Source of the DNA: Macrostomum lignano | Lineage: Eukaryota | NCBI GenBank assembly: GCA_002269645.1 | Contig: NIVC01000380.1 | Span: 310,001 to 374,000 of the forward strand | Direction: 5' to 3' | Length of the DNA: 64,000 bases | In this document: positions 1-13,360 of the stretch, piece after piece | Layout: the number at the start of each line of letters is the position of its first letter | Position numbering within the stretch: the first letter of the stretch is position 1 | The notes under the pieces: generated by a model | The model's input: the letters and a program-made list of their open reading frames with translations, nothing else | What the model was told of the DNA's origin: nothing | Databases searched by the model: none | Program-made: the position numbers and the translations under genes

Positions 1-68
1 TGAACGAGTGAATACATGACAGTGAACGAGTGAATCCATGACAGTGAACGAGTGAATCCAAGGCTTAC

Positions 69-3000
69 CTAGACGGTGTAATAGTGGTCAAATCCTCGCC
101 CAGCGTCTTGATGACGCGCCGGCCCCAGACCCACAGGCCGATACTGATACCGACGCCGCCAAACAGCAGAATGTGCACCGGGGTCATTGTCGGCTTGCTC
201 AGAATGTCCAGCGTGGTGGCGATGCTCCACAGTCCGACCAGCGGCCCGATAGCGTTGCTGACGTCGTTGCCGCCGTGAGCGAAGGAGCCGAAGACGGCGG
301 TGAGAATCTGCAGCCAGGCAAAGATGCGGCACTGCTCGGGCTGGTCGCGCATCTCCGGGACTTCCGCGCCTTCGGCTTCATCAGCGGATGCTGGGACCTC
401 CTGGATTGGGAATCGAGTGAACTCAGCCACTCACTCTGTACTCAGCCTTCACTCACTGTGTGCTCAGCCTTCATCAATCACTCTAATCAGCCTTCACTCA
501 CTCTGTAATCAGCCTTCACTCACTCTGTAACCAGCTTTCACTCACTCTGTACTCAGCCTGCACTTACTCTGTACTCAGCCTTCACTCACTCTGTAATCAG
601 CCTTCACTCACTCTGTAACCAGCTTTCACTCACTCTGTACTCAGCCTTCACTTACTCTGTACTCAGCCTTCACTCACTCTGTAACCAGCTTTCACTCACT
701 CTGTACTCAGCCTTCACTTACTCTGTAATCAGCCTTCACTCATCCCTTACTCGGCCTTCAATCATCCCTTACTCAACCTTCACTCACCTCTTCTCCGCCA
801 TTTTCCCCGTCTTGTTTGAACGGCAATTTAATCAGGCTCTTTTTCTGCTTCCGTTTGCCGGCAGCAGACAGCACGGCAACTTTGGGATTGTCTTCATCAT
901 TAGCAGCACCAGCACAAGTCAATACCTTCATCTTGTCTAGCGCCGCCGTAGAGTCGGTCAGTTCGTCTTCCTCCTCGGCGATTTTCTCCGGTATTCGATC
1001 GCCTAATCGACGCTCTCCGTTGCCGGCGGCCAGTTTGACGTCTTGATCTTCATCATCTTCGTTGGCATCGTCCAGCTGCCCGTTGGTCAGGCGTTGCATC
1101 TCTAATTCATTCATTTGGTCTGGGTTGAACAGGAAAAATTCAAATATATGCAAACATTCGAAAAAAGCGCGATCCTGTTCCAAGAAAATTCGTGATTCTA
1201 TTCCAAGAAAGTTGAAAAAACCGGTGATCCCATTCCAAGAAATCGGGGATCCCATTCCAAGAAACCGGTGATCCCATTCCAAGAAATCGGGGATCCCATT
1301 CCAAGAAACCGGTGATCCCATTCCAAGAAACCGGTGATCCCATTCCAAGAAAATTCGTGATTCTATTCCAAGAAAGTTGAAAAAACCGGTGATCCCATTA
1401 CAAGAAATCGGGGATCCCATTCCAAGAAACCGGTGATCCCATTCCAAGAAAATTCGTGATTCTATTCCAAGAAAGTTGAAAAAACCGGTGATCCCATTCC
1501 AAGAAACCGGGGATCCCATTCCAAGAAACCGGGGATCCCATTCCAAGAAACCGGGGATCCCATTCCAAGAAACCGGGGATCCCATTCCAAGAAAACTTGT
1601 GATCAAATTCTAAGAAAACTCGTGATCCCATTCCAAGAAACCGGTGATCCCATTCCAAGAAAACACGTGATCAAATTCTAAGAAAACTCGTGATCCCATT
1701 TCAATAATCCATTTGACGTATTTTCGATGCAAAAAAACATTTCTTAGCGAAAACGTCTGCGAAGATACTCACTTAAAATTCGTCTTCTCTGCCAGGGAAT
1801 GACGAACTGTTTGACAGCCACTGAGCAGATAATTCCCACAGTGTAAGCTATCACGATGGCGCCCCATAATGGAATCAGGTTGAATTTTAGCACTGAAAAA
1901 AACGGAATTCATGGGTATTTAATCTATTACTTTAATAAAGTGAGCTGACGTGCGACTCCTAATGAAGCTGGGGGCGATTCTTGATGAGGCTGGGGGCGAT
2001 ATTTGCTGAAGCTGGGGGTGATTCTTGATGAGGCTGGGGCGATTCTTGATGAGGCTGAGGGCGATTCTTGATGAGGCTGGGGCGATTCTGGATTAGGCTG
2101 GAGCGATTTTTGATGAGGCCGGGGACGATTCTAGTGAGGCTGGGGGATTTTTAATGAGGTCTGAGTCAAGTGGAATCAATATCAAATGATTGGCTCACAG
2201 TCGGGTCCCTCGTACACAATGGAGAACACATTGATGACAACGGTGAAACCGTAGATCAATGGCAAGAATCGAAGTCCCGGTTCCAGCGGGTCTTTCTGCA
2301 GTTTTGGCGTTGAATAAAATATTAATTTAATTTAAGTACATTTTAAATATACTACTACTATGCAACATAAGTAGCAAATGAAGAATTTACCTTAGTTAGT
2401 ACAAATCTCTTAACCAAATAGAAGAAAAACACGGATATTCCTCCGCTAAGAAGTGGCGAAATGAACCAGGAGGCCACTGGAAAAATGGGGTGTATCTGAT
2501 AGTAATATGTGTTTATAAGCTTAAAAAATGCAACTAGTTAAATAAAATGAATGCTAGCTTATGTACGTATGAGTACTTTTCTAATTTCAATTTAAGTATT
2601 ATTTTTAGCCTGCTGTTGTGTCTACACTAGAAGACTCACTATTTGCACTAGAGATAAACAACTAGTTTAATAAGTGTTTGGGTTTCATTTTTCTTTATTG
2701 TATCCATTTTCAGTTTCTCGTCTACGAGTGTTTAAGACTATTATTTTAAGTATTTAGCGTCTAGTTTCGGTTTCCGTATCGCTGCAAAAAATATTATTAT
2801 TATATTCTCGAACTTTTTATTTAAGCCTTTCGGATAAACTTGAATTTAGACAAGAAACGAAACTGTAGCAAAAACGGCAATGACAATAGCTTTGCAGAAG
2901 TACGCTTGTCCTCCCTACTGAGTATTAAAAAAAGTCTAACACGTGACGATAGCGTGGCTTCACTTGTGGCAGGATTACCCGGGGGCGGGTGCTGTCGGGC

Positions 3001-5362
3001 TGCAAAAATAGAGGATTGGCTTGGCTAGCTGAAGGGGACAGACAGGACAGTGAGAGAGAACTGTGTACAGACGGATGGGTTGGCCGTCTTTCCCAAATCA
3101 GCCACCCCAAGCCCCAACCCGCCAGCCCAAACCCGACACGCTGAGCGAAGAGAGCTGGTTAGAATCTTCGGGTCTTTTAGATATTAGAACCTAGCGTGGG
3201 AACTGGGAAACCGGATGGTTGAACGGACAGGGGGACAGGGGCTTAGGAGCTAGCTAAAGCTTCTAGCGTTGATGGAAAGGCACAGGAAAATCGAAGCTCT
3301 CTCAGCTCTCAGCGTCACACTGTCTACGGTCGACTGCGTTTTTTGCACTCTTAATAATACCGTCTGTTAAAGAACTGAAACCTCACCATGTCCCCTCCCT
3401 CCTCCCTCCTCGTCCTCAAGCCATTCCGACCTCACTCCGCGCGCCGTGTTTTGAATTTAATCTTAAATTGATTTTAACTTGATTTTACGACTTTGGCGCA
3501 TGTAATGTTCAATAATAGTTCAATAAGTTGTGTAATAGTAAATAATTCTAATTAACTTACAAAACTTCCAGGCCCCGAACAAAGATAAGAAAATCGAGAC
3601 CTCTGTCAAGAGTCAAAACAAAAGCCTCCCTCGCTCATCTCCGCTTTAAAATCTATTTGCTCAATGGGGGTGATAAAGATCAATTTATTTTTAGATTTTA
3701 AGAAACACGCCAGTTCGAGCTAAACAGAGCTGATAAGGCCGAAGAGTGAAGCTAATAATTACATTGTGTACTTAGCTAAAGTTGAGCTCGTAACCTGAGG
3801 GGGCGGGAACCCATGTAATCTTTGATCTTTGATAAAAACTATAATGAATAACTTTATAATGAATAACGGTCGATGTCATAGATGCCCGGCATCAGTTGAA
3901 ATAGGGAAATTATTCCTATTATTTTATCTTTTATGCTTGAGTATGACTAGTTCATTCTAGTGACGCAGTGGACTAAGCTTATAACTGCTCCCTACGTTAT
4001 GATTATAATTATAAATATACTCGATTCTCGATAGTATATAAATATACGTCAAGGACGACTAAAGTAACGTACTTAAGTAGTCCTTGAATATAGTATGTTC
4101 TATAATTATACGAGCGTATGCACATGAACTTAAACAAATATACTAATAACACACTAACAAAGTAACCGAGTTACAGTTCCTCATAATAAATCATATCTTT
4201 GGGGAAAGGGTTTCCGGTTGGGTTAGGAATGGAGTCAGTCAAGCAGTGGTCTTTACATGCGTAAATACAGAGGACAAGTTGAATAAAACAGAGTCACGAT
4301 CCCACACAGACCGGGCTCTCTAGAAATGGCTATGGGAAAAAAGAGGGAAAATTGGAAACAGCAAGTCAAGCCTGACTTCTCTGCTTCCTGGGCCTGCGAA
4401 CAGCACAAAACGCTATAAGGCCAGGCTTGATGACAAAAAAGGTCGACAAACATAAACTCGCTAGATAAGTTTTTTTCTGGGCTAGCTAGTTCCTTCCTCC
4501 TTGCTCCAGGAGTCCAGTGGTTTCATTTAAAAAAAAGAGCCAATTTAAACTCACCAATTAAGCCAAGCTTCATCCAGTCAACGCCTTGAGTGCCCTTGGC
4601 AACCAGAGAGAAGCCGACTGTTGCTCCAACAATTGAATGGGTACCGGACACGGGTACACGGAAAAATGTAGCAACCAGGAGCCAGATGCAGGTACCTTGG
4701 AATTCGGTCAGCAGTCACAGTCATTAGTTATTTATTATGTGGTACTTTTAGAAATCCCACATTTCATATTCTCAAACAATTTAAAATTTAAAATAAATTT
4801 CCAAAAATTTCGTTAACTAAAAAAATTGAAATAGCATTTGAGACATTGAATCACTTGAATGTGAAATCTGGAAATGTGAAGTCTGGCAAGTGGGAATTGT
4901 GAAGCTTTGGGATTGGCCGATTGGAAAGTTTGGAGGATTGTGAAGCTTGGCCTTGGCCCTTGGGTTGGGGATTGTTAAAAGTGCAGTACATTTCCTGATT
5001 TCCAACGAAAAGCGCTGAACCTTACCAGCAAGGCTACTCAGCTGTCCAAGCATCATCAGTTGAGATCCGTCGCCAATAGTACCATTAGTTTGATTGACAT
5101 TGTCTTTAATATACAACTCTGGCGTAATAATACCCTTTCGTATAGTTTCGGACACTTTAGCGCCCAGTAGTACCGAGCCCAAGGTCTCAAAGATTGTAGC
5201 CAGAATGCAGGCCTGACGCAAGGTGAGCACTTTCGAGCCAACCGAGGTGCCAAAACTATTAGCGACATCGTTAGCGCCAATTCCGAATGCTAGCACAAAT
5301 GCGATAATAAAGCCGAGAACAACTATCCAGATTTGCTCTTGAGGTATTTGCACGTCGAACAT
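69..5362 (-). CDS. SLC20A: Sodium-dependent phosphate transporter, SLC20/PiT (PHO4) family; 3' end lies before position 1
   Basis: Exons 5362-5026, 4695-4555, 2476-2391, 2295-2199, 1892-1773, 1119-788 and 400-69 all have GT..AG boundaries and consistent phases (1445 nt). The joined protein has both PHO4 signatures, [11 protein letters not shown] and [12 protein letters not shown], plus [11 protein letters not shown] and SWFISP. Confidence 0.95.
418..786. repeat. ~22-bp minisatellite (actcagccttcactcactctgt) in SLC20 intron 6
   Basis: Tandem units visible; fills most of intron 401-787. Confidence 0.9.
1188..1705. repeat. ~22-bp minisatellite (gatcccattccaagaaaccggt and variants) in SLC20 intron 5
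   Basis: Tandem units with variant blocks; intron is 1120-1772. Confidence 0.9.
1960..2160. repeat. Degenerate ~21-22-bp minisatellite (gaggctggggcgattcttgat) in SLC20 intron 4
   Basis: Tandem units visible; intron is 1893-2198. Confidence 0.85.
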
Positions 5363-7145
5363 TTCGTTGCCGACCGGTTTTTAGTCCGTTAGCGTTAGCT
5401 TCTTTTCGACTCGACTCGACTGAGCAGCGACAGCGTGACAATTTTAACTGAACTGACTGGATGGAGTTCTTTTTCTCGCCTAAAAAGCAGACCGAGAGGC
5501 AGAAACTAACTGAATAGAATGCTTTTATTGTTTTCAGGGTAACAGAGGGGCAGCCAGGAGTTTTTAAGATTTTTTTAAATGGAGAAGGCTGCAGAATCCA
5601 AATACACTGAGATATATTTAGAGTTCACAGGCGGGCCTTAGAAGACAATTATAATAAATCGGCTCGTAGTAGTAGCTTTAGTTTGTTTCGGGCTAGTGTG
5701 CGAGCGAGCGCGCGGTAGCTCCTCCCCTCTCTTCTCTTTCACTCCTACCTCACCCCACCCCCTAGTCCTACTCCAGTCAGTGCACCCACCCCCCTGCCCC
5801 CTCGACCCAGCCAATTCTAGCCATCCAAAATGAACGCCGTAAAATCATGGGGCGGCGGGTGCAAGGGGGTGGCTGCGCGTTCACTTGTGCTAGGGGTGTT
5901 TTCTCACTGTAAGGGGGGTAGAGGGACGTACCCTGAAAGGATGAAACTCCGGGGAAGAGAGGAAGGGGTTCAGGAAAAAATGGCTGGAACCTGGCAATGG
6001 CCTTTTCCCCGATTCCCCTTTCCTTTCCCAAGTCGGCCTCTCAGTGTTGTCCTCTCCAGTCCTCTCCAATCCTCTTGCTGTAAGTCAGTCGGTTTCTGTT
6101 ATCGTCTGGACTTCTTATTTCTTCTATGTAATTACTAGACCTGCAGTCCACAAAGGGACGGGGCGGGGCTAGCTAGACGATATTGCAGCGCTGCCCTCTA
6201 AATAAAGGATAATTATCTGACACTACACTCGTGGGAAGAAAGCGACTCGATCACGCTACAGGCTCGTGGTCTTGTAGTAGGGGCGGGGGTTGAATAGTCG
6301 TAAAAATAAGTTAAAAATTATGACAATACCACATAATACTAATTAGCAAAACGCAACGAACACTGAGCTGACCTGTATCACCTAAGTACATTTCGTACGC
6401 TCGTACTTGTTTTGCTCTTCTCTGCTATAATTCGTTATACTATCTTGAATTAAGAATTTTTTATTTACAGCAATTTTGAGAATTACAAGCAAAACGCCAA
6501 AAGACGAATCATATTTCAAGTTTCTAGTTTTTTGCGCAGACTCTTTAGTTGCGCGCTTCGCTTTATCAAAAGTTAGTCATATTTTCTATGTAGTACGCTC
6601 GTTTGCAGAAAATAGTGTTGATGCATACCACGTACGCTATTGTATCAATAGTATGCATATCGTTTAACTACATTTAAGCTTCGAAATTTCGAATGCGTCT
6701 CTGAATTTTTTTGTAAATCCAGTTAAATAGGCATCACATTATATTCTGACTAATACGAGCGTAGCTACTTCCAAGAAAAAAATAGAAAGAAAACTGTTTT
6801 TAACTTCGCATGGTTTCATAGTAACAATTAACTTTCATATTCTTACTAAATTAATTCTATTAATTTTGCCTACCCAAAGAGTAGACCCTGTTTTCGAATA
6901 TTGAGAAGAGAACACTGCCATCAAGTTGGGACTTGGGAGTTCTTAAGATGATTCAAAGACAGACGAAGCAAATTAATTATCGATGTTGCTAAGCCTTACT
7001 TTCAGTAGCATGTGAAGTAAGTTGACATTTAAAATCAATTTAGATGCGCGAGAATTCATGCGCAGTAACCATTTTTCGCTTAGCTTTGCCAGCGAAAGGT
7101 TTGCCACATGCTCTGAATACATTCTAAAGATGTCAGCTGCAGTAG

Positions 7146-8570
7146 GGGCGCCGCCAGAGGGGACAGCCATCTACAGAGGGGACACCATCTACAGAGGGGA
7201 CACCATCTACAGAGGGGACACCATCTACAGAGGGGACACCATCTACAGAGGGGACACCATCTACAGAGGGGACACCATCTACAGAGGGGACACCATCTAC
7301 AGAGGGGACACCATCTACAGAGGGGACACCATCTACAGAGGGGACACCATCTACAGAGGGGACAGCCATCTACAGAGGGGACACCATCTACAGAGGGGAC
7401 ACCATCTACAGAGGGGACACCATATACAGAGGGGACGCCAGCTACAGAGGGGACAGCCATCTACAGAGGGGACAGCCATCTACAGAGGGGACACCATCTA
7501 CAGAGGGGACAGCCAGCTACAGAGGGGACAGCCATCTACAGAGGGGACAGCCATCTACAGAGGGGACAGCTATCTACAGAGGGGACAGCCATCTTCAGAG
7601 GGGACAGCCATCTACAGAGGGGACAGCCATCTACAGAGGGGACAGCCATCTACAGAGGGGACAGCCATCTACAGAGGGGACAGCCATCTACAGAGGGGAC
7701 AGCTATCTACAGAGGGGACGCCATCAGCTACAGAGGGGACGCCATCAGCTACAGAGGGGACGCCATCAGCTATACAGAGGGGACGCCATCAGCTACAGAG
7801 GGGACGCCATCAGCTACAAAGGGACGTCAGCTACAGAGGGGACGCCATCAGCTACAGAAGGGACGTCAGCTACAGAGGGGATAGGGGACGCCAGCTACAG
7901 AAGGATGTCAGCTACAGAAGGGATGTCAGCTACAGAAGGGATGTCAGCTACAGAAGGGATGTCAGCTACAGAAGGGATGTCAGCTACAGAAGGGATGTCA
8001 GCTACAGAAGGATGTCAGCTACAGAAGGGATGTCAGCTACAGAAGGATGTCAGCTACAGAAGGGATGTCAGCTACAGAAGGGATGTCAGCTACAGAAGGA
8101 TGTCAGCTACAGAAGGGATGTCAGCTACAGAAGGGATGTCAGCTACAGAAGGGATGTCAGCTACAGAAGGGATGTCAGCTACAGAAGGGATGTCAGCTAC
8201 AGAAGGGATGTCAGCTACAGAAGGATGTCAGCTACAGAAGGGATGTCAGCTACAGAAGGGATGTCAGCTACAGAAGGGATGTCAGCTACAGAAGGGATGT
8301 CAGCTACAGAAGGGATGTCAGCTACAGAAGGGATGTCAGCTACAGAAGGGATATCAGCTACAGAAGGGACGCCAGCTACAGAAGGGACGCCAGCTACAGA
8401 AGGGATGTCAGCTACAGAAGGGATGTCAGCTACAGAAGGGATGTCAGCTACAGAAGGGATGTCAGCTACAGAAGGGATATCAGCTACAGAAGGGACGCCA
8501 GCTACAGAAGGGACGCCAGCTACAGAAGGGACGCCAGCTACAGAAGGGATGTCAGCTACAGAAGGAACGC
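7146..8570. repeat. 17-18-bp tandem array changing from ctacagaggggacaccat to agctacagaagggatgtc
   Basis: About 1.4 kb of tandem units; source of ORFs 7022-8596, 7905-8573 and 8047-8640. Confidence 0.95.
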
Positions 8571-11249
8571 TAGCTTACATTCGCAAACTACAGTGATCCC
8601 TACGACTGCTAATGGAAGCTGGATGCGACAAGCTGCTTGACAGCGAATGCATGACGACTGTAAGCTTGTCCGCTTAATACCTCATTATGAGATATAGTAA
8701 TGCAGTCAGGCAAATCTCCCGCGGGAAATTCTCGTGCTTGATCCATTTATGATATCGTAAAATGGATGGGCAAATGGGCATCTTAAGATGCACGTACAAA
8801 GAACATATCATAAAAGATTTAACCAATAAATTTATTTTCGAACTGTGCAATCCCAGCTCTTAGCCTAACCATAAAGCAGTGTAAGCCTATAGCCAAATTT
8901 ACTGTGGCATGAGCAGATGGAAAAAATATGCGCTCGCATTAATTTTATCAGCGAGCTGGCTGCCTTTTTCAGCCTGAATCCTGATGCGAGCGCACATGTA
9001 CATGTATAACGCTGTTTCCTTTCGTTCGCATTGGCAGAGTTTGCTATAGGAATTAATTTGCATAGCATATTGATGAAAACGCGCTGTTTATACAGACGCA
9101 AAACACTGTATATCCTGGAAGGATGATGCTTGATATGCATACTATTCGGCATGTTTCTCGGGCATGCTTCGTCCCCAAGTCCGTATAGTTTAGGTCTTTA
9201 ATCCCATGGGAGAAAAACACATTGCGGAACTAGCTATATACTGAAGCACGGCTGGGAGCAGTGCACAAGTATCCAATGGGAATTATTCAATTCTACCATT
9301 TTGAAACCGGGAATCCACAATAAAGTCTATGGAAAAAGTTATCACTTTTAATGAGAATTAAATCATTTTATGGATCCGATATCAGGAGCATTAAAACGAT
9401 TTAATTATCTTCAGAAGTCAACTACTCTTTACCATAGACTACGGACTGATAAGTGATAACAAACATTGTATATATTTCTTCTTAATTTTCGTGATGGAAA
9501 TATGTCTATGGTTGACATGGTTAACTTCCCCCAGTGGGGCTCTACCCCCCACACTCACCGACCCATCCACAGGCTGTTCTACAATTGCGGCTGGAGCTAA
9601 GAGGATGCTCTCCTGCAGTCTGCATGTCCCTGCAGTCAGTTAGTTGGTCGAGAGTCGAGGACCTCGTGTCGACTGTAGTACAACTCCAAGGCTTAGAAGT
9701 TGACGACCCAGCTGGACTTCACGAGAGCGTTGCGGGACCGCGCTGAAAAAATAAGCAATTGAATTTGATATACGATAAAGGCCGTAATCTTGGTCTATGG
9801 CTAAGAATTCCGAGGCTGCATTTTATATTTTCACTCGTCTCGAGACCATAAACTTAACTCAGATGTGTCACTCCAACATTCGCTAATGTATTTAGCTAGT
9901 GGTCGTCTTTGCAACCCCGAAAACCCCGAGGGGTTTGGGCCACAGACACTATACTAGCTGCTGCTGCTGCAAAGCGACTATGTCAGTCACAGATAGTAAG
10001 GCTTTTCTAGTGCTTTTCTTCGAGTGCTTGCGAGCAACAGAAGCTATAGTCTATGGTCTTAACCTCGCGGGGTTACGAAGTTAGAAAGCCTAGAGTAGAC
10101 TGTAAAAAGTTTTTAATATCCTCTGATAAGTCAGAAAAGTCGAGGACTAATCATTTGAAGATTTCCCCTATCGTGAATTCCTTCGCAGCTGTGATTTGAC
10201 TTTGTTAGCTAGATATAGCTAGCTAACTCACTCATCCTGCTTAGTCGCTCTTGGCTTTCCCTGGCGAAATCGGTCTATACTCAGCATAAAATACCGCGCA
10301 CTGGGTCTGCCCATTCCGCCAAGCATAAAAGTTATGCCAACCGAACTGCTCGAGGGCTATAAGGATTAGAAAACTTTGAAGCCACTTGTCGAATGCTGGC
10401 GGGGAGCTACTCAAAACTGGTTCATTACTCTGGTAGCGTAGGTCTCAAGCTCGATCTCGAGGGCTCTCCATTGCTTCGCTCGCTTCCTTTCCTCGGCATA
10501 TTTTTTCCTGTTTTCTGTATAGAAACTTTCTCCAAATTCTATCCAAAACTGCTTGTTGCTTCTGATAGATTCCCCGATAATCCGGGATCTTATCTCGAGT
10601 CTTCCTTTATCAATCGCAGTTCCCCCGCTGTTATTAGTTTTCTACCATCGTCTGTAAATGTAGAAAAAATCGATTCTATTCATCGCAACGGTTTGGAAAT
10701 TGGACGTCATCAAGAGTTATAATGCGCATATATTTTCTAGCTCTAGAATATCAGCGACAGGAATGGGTAGCGGCACAACATCAAAGCAGTTAACGTTGAT
10801 ATAGCTAATATAGCTTTCTAATAAACTGTATAGATACCCTAGCTACTAAACCAGTGTCTTTATTTGTCAGAAACTATGCAAAAAAGAATTACGAGCCTAC
10901 TTTAATTAATCAACGATACAATGCGTTGAAATACCAAACTGACAAGCAAAATCTAATTCTGATCGATGGGTAAACATTCAACACAAATGGGTTTTATTAT
11001 AACACATAAAGTTCAATATGCAGACAGGTTTATAAGAGTAAATTTGGCTACAACCGTTATTAATAGTTAAGATAAGCAGATCACCATCAATGGTGATTTA
11101 CGAGCGTATTTGGTCCTGATAAACCAGGTTTCCTTTAGGCGTTGAAAAGTGTTAAGTAAAGTTTACGTTCTAGGCCATGCATATCCTGCAAGCCATCCAG
11201 ACTGAATTCGAATTCCATTAAATGCAGCAAAAGCTGAGCGTTGCCGACG

Positions 11250-12422
11250 TCACTGCCGAGGAATGTAGATGGCGTGAAGACGCGACTGCCAGGTCAGAAT
11301 GTCGGCATCAAACAGTCTGCGATCGCGCAGCCGCAGCCGCAGGCGGGACACGAACGGATAGAACCTTCGCAGACTGGCACACGTAGTCACCTTCTGTTCG
11401 CAACGAAACTTGTCGCTGTGAATCTCGAACAGGCAGCTGCTGTAGTAATTATCGCTGTAACCCTTCGCCAAGAACTCGTCCGGTTTATTCGGCGCCGCAA
11501 ACAGGTACGGCCCGAATGGGCGCTGGCTTAGCGGATAGACATCCGCCAGATCGAAGCTGAACTGCCACTCAGGCCGGTAGAAGTACTGGCCCAGTACCTT
11601 GCCAAAGAACAAGTCAACAGAGAAGCGACAGCGCTTGCTGTTGGGATTCGAAGAGTCAAGTCGTTGACAGAGAATGTCCAGCCGCCAGTGCTGATTAGTC
11701 TGTTCGGTATCAACAAATTGGAACTCATCCAGTTCGGACAGTTCGGTTAGCAGTTTGCGAACTTCGTACTTTTGATCCTCGCGGACCATGAAATCAACGT
11801 CGTCGTCCCACGGTATGACGCCAAAGTGTCGTCCAGATCCGATCAGACTGCCGTCCGTGAGGAAAAGCTCCAATCCTCGTTGGGAAAAATTCTGATTGAG
11901 CCTGTTTAGAAGATGGTATATCTTTGTCAGTTCGGCTTCGGAATACGATTGATTGAAACAACCAGTCAGGCCGGTCCCGAATTCCTTCTCTGTCAAGGAT
12001 GCATCGTCGGCATTTGAAAACAGGGCATTCTGACAAGCCAGCGACACACCGACGGGAGAGACGGGCTCCGCCAGTCTAACGTAGTTGGGCCCCTCGGAAA
12101 TTTTCAGTTGCTTCTCACTTTCTCGATTGTCGCCTATGCGAAGCAGTTTGAGCAGTGTCTCCGTGTCGTTGACGCAATCCTCTCGTCTCAGCATGCCCGG
12201 CGAGGGGGCGTCAACTCGGCCCGTCAGGTAGAGCATCAGGCGGTGCATGATGGAGCCGCACGACGGTACGCAACCGTTGTTGGAGAAGCTTCTGCCACCG
12301 CCGACTCCAAGCCTCCAAGACACCGCGACGCTGGCTAGCCGCAACTGCACCATCCAGTAGAAGACGACAAGGCCCGCTGTGCAGGTCAGCATTAGCGACA
12401 AACGCGACCACCTGCGGCCCAT
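11250..12422 (-). CDS. LicD/fukutin-related nucleotidyltransferase, predicted type II membrane protein, single exon, ~390 aa
   Basis: LicD motif DGSLIGSGRHFGVIPWDDDVDF; N-terminal hydrophobic anchor LSLMLTCTAGLVVFYWMV after basic residues; first ATG at 12422 (the track starts at an upstream TTG). Confidence 0.85.
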   Translation of the reverse strand: MGRRWSRLSLMLTCTAGLVVFYWMVQLRLASVAVSWRLGVGGGRSFSNNGCVPSCGSIMHRLMLYLTGRVDAPSPGMLRREDCVNDTETLLKLLRIGDNRESEKQLKISEGPNYVRLAEPVSPVGVSLACQNALFSNADDASLTEKEFGTGLTGCFNQSYSEAELTKIYHLLNRLNQNFSQRGLELFLTDGSLIGSGRHFGVIPWDDDVDFMVREDQKYEVRKLLTELSELDEFQFVDTEQTNQHWRLDILCQRLDSSNPNSKRCRFSVDLFFGKVLGQYFYRPEWQFSFDLADVYPLSQRPFGPYLFAAPNKPDEFLAKGYSDNYYSSCLFEIHSDKFRCEQKVTTCASLRRFYPFVSRLRLRLRDRRLFDADILTWQSRLHAIYIPRQ

Positions 12423-13360
12423 TTCGCGGTTGATGATAACCAATTTTTCAGCGTTTATTTCCAGCAAAAGCGGTGCGCATTGGCAAAAAGCCTGGTTACT
12501 AATACAGATGCTTCATTCTTGATCTACATGTACTGGTAGAGTTCTGGTCTGAATCTTTAACGGGTCTTAGAGGGAGAAAGAGCAACTCGACCGAACCAAC
12601 GCCCAGCCAATCAGGCACAGCCGACCAAGCGAACAAAGTCGGAGCGCTGGAAATGCTTGACAGAACTAGCCGGCATAACATCAGACAGATGTTTATGTGA
12701 TAGCTGGGTTTATTTGTGTCACACCATGTGTCCTGACGCATCAACTGAGAGTTTAAAGTCAGAGAATTTTGCCATTGGCAATTAAATAGTCTGCATACTG
12801 GGATGGCCCTTACTGATAGGAGCTATTCTGCAAACATTTAAACTTTATAGTGCCCTGGGCGAGCTGGCAGAGCTAAAAAAGCACCAAATAAAAAATCTTT
12901 AGCAGGCCGACATACATATACCGGGTACGACGCAGAAAAGTCGCTGACTGGAGCAGATCGCGTACCACTAGATGCACATCTGTTGCCAGAAATTCGCGAA
13001 TCTGAGCCTACAGCCTACGATAGCCGGCTGTTGGCCAGAATTCAGTTCGGATTTTTCTCCCCCCAGCTGCCCAGCTCCCCAGATAGAGCAGTGGGAGAAT
13101 CCCCTTGCAAAGGCTCCGCTATCGTGGCAGCGTTCCAGGACCCGATAAATTGTTTATGAAGCTATCAGCACTGACTCGAACTGGGGTTTTGCGACGCACG
13201 CCGGAGAGCAGGCTTTGCGTGCTGTGCGAGGTTCAGTTCGAGGCATGGGACACGAACTCGGCTGCGGTACAGTAGGGGTCAGCATTCTAGACGGCCGCTG
13301 AAAGATAGATAGATAGATAAATAAATATTAGATAAATAAATATTAGATGGGTAGATATCA

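Noticed and set aside
7022-8640. 524-aa and overlapping repetitive ORFs
   Set aside because: Products of the 17-18-bp array; frames rotate with unit indels.
9534-10722. Short ORFs and coding-looking stretches between the 18-bp array and LicD
   Set aside because: No recognisable motif and no consistent splice chain could be built.
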